This document shows positions 28,146 to 40,721 of a stretch of 64,000 nucleotides of DNA, piece after piece. The stretch spans positions 21,824,001 through 21,888,000 of the forward strand of contig OX597822.1 of assembly GCA_951406725.2 (NCBI GenBank), written 5' to 3'. A program made the position numbers and the translations under genes. Every line of letters begins with the position of its first letter. Positions within the stretch are counted from its first letter, which is position 1. A model generated the notes under the pieces. The model had not been told where the DNA came from and searched no databases. It worked only from the letters and a program-made list of their open reading frames with translations. The DNA is from Octopus vulgaris (lineage: Eukaryota).

Positions 28146-28890
28146 TCGTTAGGACAATGAACAATGTGTCCCCACTATGCAAGCCCTATGTAACAAAGAA
28201 ACATGTACAGAACTTCATGCACTGCATGCAGTTCTCTGGATATGATCAGAAAGATAGGGTTCAGGTATACAGGGGAGCTAGAAAAAAGTTAGCATTATTT
28301 ATAATGAAACCAGTGGTACCTGCACTAGATATAGAAGTAAAGACATGAATTGGATACAAAGAGTTTGTGACAAAGTAAACAGGGTGAACACATGGTACAA
28401 GACTGACAAATATTAAGGAGTGACGTTTGTAGAGGCCACAGCCCATGGAGAACTTGCCTAAAGATTTAGGAAAACTCTAAAGGAGGCAAAACTCAACATT
28501 AAGATAGTTGAAATATCTGAGAGCTCCATCAGATCACAACTATGTAGGATATACACCTTTGAGAATATTACATACACCAATGATAACTGCATGGTATGTA
28601 AGATTAACCCTGGTATTAACTGTAGAACTAGAAATGTAGTCTATAGCACAAGGTGCATAGAGGGTGTTTGTAAAGACAAGAACATGATATACATAGGTGA
28701 GACATCTAGAAGCATTGCGGAGAGGCTAAATGAACATTTGAGACAATATGACAACAAAAAAATAGTCTTCCATACTCTACCAATATGAAGGCACACTGGG
28801 TCAACTTGAATTTACATTTTATTCAAACACCTGAAGGACCCAACACTCAGACAAATACAGGAGTACATCTTCATAAATGAAACATCATTC
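28146..28890 (+). mobile_element. Penelope-like element remnant (end of RT thumb/linker plus GIY-YIG endonuclease), pseudogenised
   Basis: ORF 28591-28788 reads CRTRNVVYSTRCIEGVCKDKNMIYIGETSRSIAERLNEH, the VVY...C..C...YIGETxRxxxERxxEH GIY-YIG signature. The upstream fragment FMHCMQFSGY is also Penelope-like. Confidence 0.8.
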
Positions 28891-29790
28891 TGCTATTTGA
28901 TGTACAATCCCAGACTGCTCTTCTCATTGACAACACAAATCTTGCATCCTATAAGTCCTCTTCCACCCCTGTTTCTAGGCACATACAGTCTGTCAGTATC
29001 GCTTTTGAGGTGTAGCTCATTGTTAACTGTCACCACTTTTATAGTTTTCCTGTCCATTTCCACAAGCTCGTTCTTTGTCCACCAACCAACACCTGCACTG
29101 TATCGGATTAAAGAAACAACCCATGTGTTCATTGCCCTGATTTTGTTTTTTCTGTTGAGTCTACTTCCCATATTTAACCTGGTTCTTCTGAGATATTCTC
29201 ACCTCAAGCTTTCTTTCATTTCACTTCCCTTGATTTTGTTGTATTATAAAATCCCCAGATATTTATATCCATTAGTCTCAATATCCTTGACTATGTCACC
29301 ATTGCATATCTCTACACCATAAGACAACACTACTTTGCCTCTTTGTATTATAAGCATACCACACTTTTTACTCTCAAATTCCATTTCGATAGCCTTGCTG
29401 AATATCTGCACTGTTGAAACTAGGAACATTTATTTCACATTTGGTCTTTCCAAAGATCGTTAAGTCATCCACATATAACAAACGATTTAATTTTCCTCCA
29501 CTTTCAAATGTGTACCCTAATGTCATTTTCTGTAGTATTTATGTGAAGAGTATCATACAAATCACAAACAGCAATGATGATAGGCTATCTCCTTGAAATA
29601 TGCCTCTCTCAATGTTAACCCTCACTGAAAATTTTCCACTTGAAGTTAACTTTGTATTTTCATTGATCTCCTGTTTTTCATTGATCTCCTAATAAAATTT
29701 GATATGTTATCAGACACCTGTACCAACACTAGACTTTCTAAAATTCAGGAGAGGAGGAGGGGCATGTCATCTCCTCTCTTATAACTGATC
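28891..29790 (-). mobile_element. R4/Dong-clade non-LTR retrotransposon RT remnant
   Basis: Minus strand reads GIFQGDSLS, LLYVDDL, MEFESKKC, YKYLGIL, NKIRAMNTWVVSLIRYSAG and LHLKSDTDRLYVPRNRGGRGL, with stops and frameshifts. Confidence 0.85.
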
Positions 29791-29814
29791 CACACCATGC
29801 CCAGATTATTATGG

Positions 29815-30452
29815 CAGTGAGCTGACAGAATCATTATCATTCCGGGCATAGCAGCATTTCATCAATTTCTACATTCTGAGTTCAAATTCACCCTTTCCGG
29901 GTTGATGAAATAACTACCAGCTGAACACTAGTGTCAATGATATCACTTGATCCCTCGGCAGAATTGATGAACCTGTACCAAAATTTGAATCATCATCATT
30001 ATTATTATTAAGGTGGCAAGCTGGTGGAATCATTAACATGCTGAGTAAAATACTTAGTGGCATTTCATCTATCCTTACCTTTTCAGGTTGACTTTTCTTT
30101 CAATATTTTGCGATTGATAGAATGAGTACTAGTTGAGCACTGGAGTCGATGTAATCAACAAACCCCACTCCTGAACTTGCTGCCTTTTTTACCAAAATTT
30201 TAAATCATCATCATCATTATTATTAAGGCAGTGAGCTGGTAAAATCATTATTGATCCAGACAAAATGCTTAACAGTAGCTCTTCTGGCTTTATGTTCTTA
30301 GTTCAAGTACTACCAAGGTTGACTTTGCCTTTTATCCCTTAAGGGTCAATAAAATAAGTAACATTTTAGCACTGAGCTCGACGTAATTGACTAGGCCTCC
30401 TCCTCCCAAACATCAGGCCTTGTGCCTATAGTAGAAAGTATTATTATTATTA

Positions 30453-30483
<31 letters not shown>

Positions 30484-30697
30484 CAAGGTGGTGAGCTGGC
30501 AGAATCGTTAGTGCACTAGACGAAATGCTTAGCAGTATTTCCCCCGTTGGTATGTTCTGAGTTCAATTCCTGCTGTAGTCAACTTTAGCTTTCATCTTTT
30601 TGGGGTCGATAAAATAAATACCAGTTAAACACTGGGGTCGATGTAATTGACTCATTCCCTCCCCCAAAATTACTGCCCTTGTGGCAAAATTTGAAAC

Positions 30698-30720
<23 letters not shown>
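29815..30720 (+). mobile_element. Head-to-tail array of four family B SINEs
   Basis: Units start ggcagtgagctg/ggtggcaagctg at ~29812, 30011, 30226 and 30486, each ending in (ATT)n or (ATC)n. Confidence 0.85.
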
Positions 30721-30731
<11 letters not shown>

Positions 30732-30733
30732 AT

Positions 30734-30768
<35 letters not shown>

Positions 30769-31899
30769 AAAAACAATAAGATGCTAAAGTAGGAGTCCTC
30801 TTAATGGTCATTTGCCATGCTAGATATAACAGCTGATACTCCCTTCAAATACACTCTACCATCTCAAATAAAAATCAAATGAGTTCATGGGACAGAGTGG
30901 TACTAGATAACCCAGACCTAAAAATAATACAGGCTAGTCATGGCTGGACTATTTTTTTCTTTTATCATAGATCAGTTAAATCAAAGCTGGGTTAGGACAA
31001 AATATCATCATCAGCAAAGATAATATGATGATTTCATATGACATTCTGTATGAAATTTGTTTTCTTTACACTTTTATCATAAAATTTATTGGACCTAAAT
31101 TGAAAGAAGGAAAGGTACAGTCCACCTAAATAGGATTATATCAATTACCAAGGGCAATGAGGAAAATACAATGAAAAATTTCATCACATTTTCTGACACA
31201 TACGGAAGGGTTCCTGTGAAGTTCCGTATGCACTAATATTATGGGTTATAAATTTGTACTAATTTCTTTAAGCATGGGATTTTTAAGCTATGGTAGTATA
31301 TTTGCAGAGTCATTAGAGCATCAGCTAGATTTATTTGTAGTATTTGTACCAACTCAGTCTTCTTAGTTCAAATGTCATCAATGTGAACTTTTTTCATCTT
31401 TTTCTCTTTTTATAAGAGAGAAGAACAATAAATAAAGTACCCGTCTTGTACTGGGGTTGTTTCTCAACATTTTCTGTTGCTCTTTTTCTTTTTTTTCTCT
31501 CTCTTTCTTTTAATTATCTCTCTTCCCGGAAGAAATAAGCTGTGGTCAAATCTGGAGAGGGATTGGCTTTGTCAGATCTAAAAGTGCTCAACACACATTG
31601 TATGTTGCGGCAGCATCCATATGACATCATCAGCAGTTGAGAACTCAGAAGAAAGCTGAGAACCCAAAAGATACACTTATAAAAAATATTGGATTAAGAT
31701 TCCATATTATTGATTTTTTATGCCTTTTTGCAAAAACTGCTCTCCAGATATTTAGGTTTTTAACATAACCCAGAATCAGCAAAAAATATATTTTTATCTT
31801 TTTATAGTTTTCAAATTTATCAGAGATTGAGAAGGGTTAAAGGATTTACAACTGGTTTCCATCCATTTCTTAAATGTGTGCATTTAAAATTATAAAAAG

Positions 31900-32563
31900 T
31901 ACATTTGCTGGTTATTTATAGAAAAGTATCAGTTGAGCCTCGGGATTGATGTAATTGGTTATCCAGCTCTTCCAAAATTTCCTGTATTGTGCCTGTAGCA
32001 GAAAGAATTAGTTGGCAGAATTGTTAGCACATCAGACAAAATGCTTAGTATCATTTCATCTGTCATTTAAAGTCTGAGTTCAATACTAATGTTTTCATTA
32101 TTGAATATACATTACTTTCAAAAGAAATCATTATTTTGGAAACTAATACAGTTACTCCTCACAAATTTTAGGCCTCGTGCCTATAGTAGCTAATATTTTT
32201 GGTCAAAATGCTTTGTAACATCTCTTTTAGCTCTTTACCTACTGAGCTCAAATCCCACTGAGGTCAGCTTTGCCTGTCAACCTTTCAAGATCAAGATCAA
32301 TAAAATAAATATTAATCAAATACTTGGATTAATGTAAATGACAAAGCTCCTCCCTTAAAATTGCTGGCGTTGTGCCAAAATCAGAAAGGATTATAATTAT
32401 TATCATTATTAGCTCTTTATGTTCTGAGCTCAAAGCCCACCAAGGTCAACTTGGCCTTTTATCATTTCAGGATCAATAATATAAAGTCTCTTCAAGTATT
32501 GGGGTCAGTGTAATCAACCAAACCCTTCCCCTAAAAATTATTGACCTTGTGGCAAATTTTAAA

Positions 32564-32628
<65 letters not shown>

Positions 32629-32959
32629 TTTATTTAAGGCAGCGAGCTTGCAGAATCATTACCATTCTGGACAGAATGCTTTGCAGCATTTCTTCTGGCT
32701 TTTTGTTCTGAGCTGAAATGTCACCAAGGCTGAATTTGCCTTTCATCCTTATTAAAATAAGTATTTGTTGCATACTGGAGTCTTATGTAATTGAGTTCAA
32801 ATTCTGCCAAGGTTGTCTTTGCCTTTCATCATTTTGGGTTTGATAAAATAAGTTCCAGTTGAGCACTGAGACCGATGTAACTGATCAGTACCCTACTCCT
32901 CACAAATTTTAGGCCTCGTGCCTATAGTAGCTAATATTTTTGGTCAAAATGCTTTGTAA
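31900..32959 (+). mobile_element. Array of partial family B SINEs containing an exact 66-bp duplication
   Basis: Family B motifs repeated; 32153-32218 is identical to 32894-32959. Confidence 0.8.
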
Positions 32960-35149
32960 GCAGGGCCAGCCGTAGGGTTACTGGTGCCCAGGACAAGTTC
33001 AATTTTAGGGCCCTAACATGTATAACCTAAACTTCTTTCGGTGGTGGTGGTGGAAACAAAGAATAAATACTACAAATATAAAAATAATAAAGTAGTTCAT
33101 TAGTATTTACTAAATGTAGAATAAAATTTTCCCCTTAGTATTTCTTGGAAATATCCTAAACATATGACATTATGCCGACATGCGTGTGGCTTTTGAGATG
33201 ACTGCTCAAATTGCTTGAATCTTCAAGTGGCTTTGGCTGCAGTGATTGTATATGAACTATCAGCCTTTTGTTGTTAGACAGCACCACTATTCTGTAGCCT
33301 TCTCAAGTGTGATTTTCTCAAATATTGTACTTAGACAGCATGTAAAAATCATTTGTTTTTATATTATTTATCTTTGAATTGAATTGAATTGAATTAAAGC
33401 CACTCAGACAAGACTTTTCGTGGGCTATTGATCAAAGATATCCAAACAAGAACTTCCAGCTCTTTTTCTTCAGTGTTATGTAGGGCTACAGTATCCAATG
33501 TGTACTTGCTATTTTTCTGTCACACTATATCTAGGACTACATATCCCAATGTTTTCTTTCTATTTTTCAGTCATAGTTCATCTTGGACTGCTTATCTTAT
33601 TTGTACTTCCCGTTTTTAAGACAGCTGTGATGTAAAAAAAATTTGGCTGCTATTTCAAAGAGGTCAACCAGCTATGCAGAGTTTTCTCTGGGGTGGTTAC
33701 AATGAATGGGGTTTCTTTCTGAAAGCACAGAACAATATACAAAAGACTGAATCATGATTTGAACAGAGGACTAATAATAAATTATGAGATTTTCATAAAC
33801 CTTTATGTGAACATTATGGCACCAGACTAACAGTGGGGATATGTGAAGAAAAGAGTTGGGTAAGGAAACAAAACTAAAGTTCATAGAGAAAAAATAGAAC
33901 AGTGACAACAACTATAATAACAGATGATAAATGGGATTAGATTAATAGATTCATGAAAAGATGTCAAACACACAAAAATAGAACCTTGCATAGATTGAAC
34001 CCACAATCTTTGGTGTCTGACCTTTTTTTCACGAAATTGTATCAATTAGAATCAAATATTCTTCAATATCAGCAGAAGAAAGCAGCAAACAGTAATATAT
34101 AATCTTTAAGACTATTTATTATTATTGAAAATACCAAATATTCAAATTATAGGGGAGAAAAGACATGGGTGGGGGAAAAGTAGCCAAATGTTGTTGTAGT
34201 TGTTGTTGATGGGTGGAGCAAGTCTAGCAATGGTGAGAGGCTGGCTGTTGTTGGTATCAGTTACAAGTGTGCATATGTATATGTGTGGTGTCTATTTCTC
34301 TGTATGGATGTGTGTGTGTGTGTAACCTTTTGTCTCATTCTCTATCACCAACCTCATTTCTTTTGTTTCTGTGCAATTTTGCAAATTTATTTATTTATTT
34401 ATTGTTTATAAATGGCCATCTGAAATATGTCCACAAAGTTCCATAACCAACTATTTAAATACATTTTAATATCTGAACATGTTTCAGTCATTTATTTCTT
34501 AGTAATACCACCACCACAATCAATGTTAATAACGATTATGATGATGGTAATAGTGATAATAGTTATAATAATGTGACTATTGTTATTACTACAATATTTA
34601 AACATTTTTTTGATATTTATTTTTTTCCTTTTTTATCTAATTTTTTATTATTTTTTCCCTTTCAAGTCTTCAATCAACAAATTTAATAATACCGATAAAA
34701 TACATATTTAAATGGGACGTAATGGATTTGGAAACATTTATGCATGATTATTTTTATTATTATTATTATCATTAATATTGTTGCATTTCATTTTATTTAT
34801 ATATATATTTTTTGTAAATCAATGAGAGGAAAGAGAGGCTGGTACAGATAAGACTAAATAGTATTGGGTAGGGGTGGATGAGGTAGTAAAAAACAAAACA
34901 AATATAAAATACATAAAACATTATACAGATAACAAACTAAAATACACTTGATTAAAGTCACCTTTGATTTTTCATATCAAACAAGCACAATCAAAAACAA
35001 CTAAATAAATCTCTGCATGTATTTATTCCAAATTTCCATTTTACATTTTTCTAATTGATATAGATATGTTGTTTTTTCTCTTGTTATTTTGTGTTCATTT
35101 TTTTCTTGTGTGCTTTTTATTTTTATTTGTATCGTTTTTGAGAAGTGAT

Positions 35150-35580
35150 TTTACCCTCCTTTTATTTTATTTTCTCTCTCCCTCTCTTTCTATCTATTTC
35201 TATCACATATTTCTCTTCTCTTCTTTCTTACTCACTCACTTCTTCCATTTTCACTTTTCTCTCTTCCCTCTCTCACTTTTTCTTATTTTTCTTCTCAACC
35301 TATTCTCTCTTTCTCTCTCTCTATCCTCCTAATTTCATTCTATTCACCTGTCTCCCACTCTATTTTTCTGGTCTCATACTTTCTCCTCACATTTGCCCAC
35401 TCCTCTGCCTCCTCCTCTCTCATTTTCTCTATTTGAGAATTTCATTTCTGTACCTCCTCACATACGTTTTTATTTCTCATAGTCTCCTCCCCTTTTTGCT
35501 TTTCACTCTATCCATCTATCTTTTCCCTCTTACTCTCTTCCAGCCTATCTTTCCATTTTTTAAAAATTCTCCTTTCTAAC
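35150..35580. repeat. Degenerate CT-rich polypyrimidine tract
   Basis: ~430 bp with very few G on the + strand. Confidence 0.8.
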
Positions 35581-36564
35581 TTGATTTGTTTGTATATGTG
35601 AATGTCAGTGTCTGATACTGCTGTCACTTTGGTTGTTGACATCAATTAGAAACTACAATTAACCACAAGGCCTGACTTCTAATCTGAAATGCTACAATAG
35701 GAGAGAAGCAAAGCATGAAGAAGAATTTCTATTGCACTCAGATACTAATCATGTATATCGCAATTGATAAACTGTCAATAAATTATTGTTAAATTTAACA
35801 GATACTCACTCTTAAAGTATCAGGAATTTAATTTAATTCAGTAATACAGTGATGATGTTTTATTTTATATATATTTTAATTTATTTTATATGAATTTTTG
35901 TCAGAGTAGTAATTTTTTATAAAGTAAAAATAAAAAAACATTTTTTAAAGAAAGCATTTCTAAAAGTTTTCAGTATGATGCAATTAATACAAACAACATA
36001 ATTTTTCTTGTCTCTTTCTTCATCCAGTTACTTTGTTCTTCTCAATTATCTTATCTTGCTTTCATTTGTTCAGGGACAATCTTATTTTTTGTTATAATTT
36101 ATTTTTAGTCACAATATATAGCCTCTAGATTTTTGAAATTTCAATCTAAAATCTTTCTGAAATCTATGTAGTTGTATATTATACTCAATCCCTTATCCAT
36201 ATGATTGGCTGTTGTTAGAACTAGCAGATGCTATTAGGAACAGCAGCTGAATCTCCCTCATATCATATTTACTCTAAGTAGGAAGGACATGTTGGATACT
36301 ATAATCCATATAATTTTTGAAAATGAGGTACTATGATTGTGATTGCAGTGTATGCCTTAAGGCGTTTGCTTGCTCAGAGTACACTGCTCATTTGAAGCAG
36401 TCAGGCATGAGAATAAACAACAAAAACAGCCATTGTCTTTTCATTCTTAGGAAGTAGTATGTTAAAACTAGCACCACCAATAAGTAGTTTTATCTGGCCC
36501 CATTCTTTAATTGTTTTACTTGTCTTCTCTAAAGTGTTCTCAATATTTTGGGTAGATAAATTAA

Positions 36565-36960
36565 GGTTGTGAGCTGGCAACTGTAACAGGCAAAATACTT
36601 AGTGGCATTTCATTCGTCTTTACTTACTGAGTTCAAACTCTACTGAAGTCAACTTTGCCTTTTGTCTTTTTGGGATAGATAAAACAAGTGCCAGTTGATC
36701 ACTGGGGTCAATCTAATTGACCTACTACTCCCCCAAAATTACTGGCCTTGTACCAAAATTTGAAACTAATACTCTGGGTGAATTGGCAGAATCATTACAG
36801 CATCTTGCTACACACCTTATAGTATTTAGTTGTAATTTTTCACATCTCGAAAATTCCATAGAGGTCAACTTTGATTTTTATCCTTCTGGGGTTGGTAAAA
36901 TACGAGAGGGGTCCATATAATCAACTGTACCTCTCTCCAAAATTTACCCGAACAAGAATG
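36565..36960 (+). mobile_element. Two tandem family B SINEs
   Basis: gagctggca...gagttcaaactctactgaagtcaactttgccttt...cactggggtc...ggccttgtaccaaaatttgaaac. Confidence 0.75.
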
Positions 36961-37029
36961 GAAAAGAATGAATTAGATTTGACAATAATGGCTAGAATGA
37001 GCTGAGCACAAAAGAATTTCTGGAAACTG

Positions 37030-37445
37030 AGTAGCTTGATAAGAGGGAAAGAAAAAACTGAAAAGAAAGATGCATGATGTGTGTGTGAGAAGTGTTTTGG
37101 TTTCTGGGAGTGAGGCATGGCTAACGAATATGAAGAAGTAGAGAATGTTAGATAGAGTAAAAGTGAGAATGGTTTGGTGAATGAACAGAGTATGACTGAG
37201 GGAGAAAGAAAGACAATGAATTTTAGAGGTTGATGGGAATAGAGCCAATGATAGATGTTGTAATGAGAATTGTGCTGAGGGAAAAAGTAAGTGACTGAAT
37301 GAGAGAAGTGGTAGAAATGAATGGGGAAGGGAGTAGAAGAAGAAAACCAAGACATGGCTGAGTATCAAGGAGGAGGAAATAAGGGCAACGGAGTTCATGA
37401 GGCAAAAATGTAGAGGGTAAGACGAAATGGAAAAACTGCAAAAAC
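37030..37445. repeat. Degenerate GA-rich polypurine tract
   Basis: Seen directly; a similar tract lies at ~52070-52640. Confidence 0.7.
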
Positions 37446-38543
37446 TTAACAAAAAAAAAATGGCCTTAAAACACTCGTGATGTTATCTGTGTAAGAAATC
37501 AATAAATTTTTTACTGTCTATAAAATTCCTTTCATGTATAGGCATAAAACTTCAGCTCATTTAACCTGCTGTGAGCTTTAGAAATTTTGATTTTTGTAAT
37601 TAGTTTAAAGCTTTTATTTTTATTCTTGTTTTTGTCACAATAGTAAGGATAGATAAGTTTTTATTGCATTCAGGTGTATATCTCTATTTTGTTCACTTGT
37701 TACATTTTTAACTCAATGAACCTCATCTACATAAATGTGTATGCATGTGTGTGTACGAATTGTGTTAATATTTCCTCTGCTTCCTTTTCATTTATGTTCT
37801 TAGTGATTTGATTATGAATGCATGTCTTTTTTCCCCCGTTTCTTTCTTTCAGAGTACTGTTGCTATTGAAGTAGTGCACAGTTGCTGTACTTACAGCTCT
37901 TTATAAGTGTGACGATGATCACTGAGAAATCAGTGGAACATTGTTCGTTCTTAAACATGAATTCAAAATTTAACATTTCCATTTAAGCTAATGCTGCAGA
38001 AATAATGCAAATAGCAGACAAAAAGAATTAGCTAATTTGCTGTATATATATTTCATGCTCTAATTTCTGAGTTCAATCTTTGCCAAAGCCAATTTTGTTT
38101 TTGTGCTTTGACAGAAATGATTATTAGAAATATGTTTAACCAAATATATTACGATTTTCCTTGCTAATTAATGCTGCTGTGTAAGTCACGAGAGAAGAAA
38201 TATAAACTTAAAATCTCCCTCACATCATTAGATTGATCAGTTACTATATTACAACAAACATAAAATGAACCCATATTTTGTATAAATCTTGTGCTTTGTG
38301 ACACAACTTGAAATCTTTCCAAGTCTTTATTTATTGGAATAAGTGCGTTCTTTTGGTTTAAGACATATTTTTCTGGGGTGAGAAATGAGAAAAATTTTGA
38401 CAAAGGTAACTAATAGTCTGAGAGAAGTGAAACAGTTTCAATAAGAAGTCAGAATTAAGTAGTTCACTAATAATTATTTTAATTTGATTCTATTGACTTC
38501 TTCTTATTTTATAATGAATTCATTTTTCTTTTATTTCCGCTAG

Positions 38544-38664
38544 GTCCACATTTTTACTCCACCTCAGAATATCAACATGACTGATTTAGCACTCGAGAGT
38601 TCAATAAAAATTTTGGATTTCTATGAGGAATACTTTGAGATACCTTACCCTTTACCAAAAATTG
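38544..38664 (+). CDS. Internal coding exon (121 nt, phase 0 to phase 1) of an M1-family zinc aminopeptidase (ERAP/ENPEP/ANPEP-like)
   Basis: Acceptor tttttcttttatttccgctag and donor G|gtaagt. Open frame VHIFTPPQNINMTDLALESSIKILDFYEEYFEIPYPLPKI+G(D). The F-Y-E-x-Y-F-x-I-P-Y-P-L-P-K-x-D motif immediately precedes GAMEN in M1 peptidases. Confidence 0.93.
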
Positions 38665-39924
38665 GTAAGTAGACAGTTTTAAAAATATTTTTATTGCTGT
38701 TGTTTTCATAAAGGCAGTGGGTTTGAAGAATCACCAGAGGGCTATTGGACAAAATACTTGCACTCGTTTACATTCTAAGTTGAAACTCTGCGTATCTGGA
38801 CTTTGCTTTCTATTATTCCTGTCTTGATTAATTTAGAACCAGAGAAATACTGGAAGCAGCAATCAATTGTTATTCTCAAAATGTGTGGACTAGTGTCTTC
38901 ACTAGAAATAGTTGTTGTAATATTCAAAAATGCTTCACTTGCATGTTGTTGTTGTTAACAGTAGTATAGAACCATGTAATTATTTAAAATATTGAAGCTC
39001 ACACCCTGCAATATATTGCATTATAGTGTTCTTAAATGGTTCCTGTATTGTTCTGCCTCACTTCTGCAAGTGATTCAAATACTTTCATATTGTTGTGCTG
39101 ACTGTTTAAATCTTTCCATTTTCTGGAACAATAAATACTAATTTATTACTATATATAAAAGCAAAGATTTCTAGTACTGATACAACAATTTAAAGAAAAT
39201 AGAGTCACTTAAATTGACTAAACTGTTGCAGTATCTAGTGAAAGACCTCACACTCCTTGAACTCTTTTGTACTCTTTGATCTACATTCTCTGAACTCTGC
39301 TGTCCTCCAATATTCAACAATGTCTCCTCCACTATTTTATCTATAAATAAATTATCTACAGTCTATCACTTGCAACAAAACACATTCCTATCAAAATGAT
39401 ACTACCATTCACTTCATACCATTTCTCATGACATCATCCAACTGGAATCTAAATACTTTATGCTAGATATATAATGCATCTATTACAGAATCTTTGGGAA
39501 CTAAAACATGACAATGTAATCTTTTTTCAACATCTTGCAGCAAATTTTTGTCTCAAGTTGAACCTGGACTGGGATTTTGTGTCCAATTAGGAAAATTTTC
39601 ATGAACAAAATCTAGCTGAATGCTACTGAATGCTTACTACTGAATACTGATGCCACCATTAAGCTAACAAATCAAAGTTGTTGACTGCAAATCAATCATG
39701 TTTTAAATAAGCTAACTTCACCGTAAGAGAAAAAAAAAAGATGCTGTGAGAACTGAGTAGATGGTTGAACAGAATGCAATCATGTTATGTCCAGCTCTAT
39801 TCACTATTAGTTGATGTAGATGGTCATATCTGCCAAATACAAAGAGTCTACAATACAAACAGCCAAAAACCTACAAAATTTAACATTATACTAAAGTAGA
39901 TGATATTCAAATTCATTCACTCAC

Positions 39925-40063
39925 CCTCTCTCTGTTTCTCTCACTCTGTTTCTCTCTCTCTCTCTCTATCTCTCTCTCTTTCTTTCTCTCTCTCTCTCTG
40001 TTTCTCTCTCTCTCTTTCTTTCTCACACACTCTCTCTCTCTCTCTCTCTCCAAATTTCTCTCT
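39925..40063. repeat. (CT)n microsatellite
   Basis: Seen directly. Confidence 0.9.
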
Positions 40064-40559
40064 CATTTTCACATAACTACAGAACCTGTCCACAACTATC
40101 TCAATGTATAAAAAAAGAATTTTCTTACCTTACTTTGCAGTTCTTTCTTGGATGATTGTGCCCAATAAATCTTTTAACAATAAACATATAAAGAATCGAA
40201 AATAACAACTGATCCCAGCAATTATACTACCACAATTTCTTTCTTTTTCCATCTCACTATTATTCACAACTCAAAACTACTTACCCCTACTTTACTTTAG
40301 CATTTCCACATTCTCTCCAAATTCATCTTTTATCATACTAACAATGATGGTGGCAACCCTAATGTCAGGAGCATTGTACCTGTAATTCAAAAGTATAGCA
40401 TTTTTACACATTGTCAAGCTGATTCTGCCTGAAGTTTATTTAGGGTACAATATCTGTGGAATACTCAGCCACTTATATTTTTAATTCAATGAACAAATAA
40501 TTTAGTTGATCTAAATCTGAATGCTTATCCTTTAGGCTATATCTATCTACTTTATATGT

Positions 40560-40626
<67 letters not shown>

Positions 40627-40673
40627 TTATAAATGACAATATTTCTTGAAATGAATTGATGAATAATAATAAC

Positions 40674-40721
<48 letters not shown>

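Noticed and set aside
29815-30720. Regularly repeated units that could be mistaken for a CRISPR-like array
   Set aside because: Units are ~200-bp diverged SINEs separated by microsatellites; eukaryotic context, no repeat-spacer structure and no cas genes.
35066-35579. Hydrophobic F/L/S-rich ORFs resembling membrane proteins (also 36921-37452)
   Set aside because: Artefact of CT-rich low-complexity sequence.
37853-37910. Strong + strand acceptor (tttctttctttcag) 690 bp upstream of the exon
   Set aside because: All three frames hit stops within ~55 nt, there is no M1 similarity and no clear donor.
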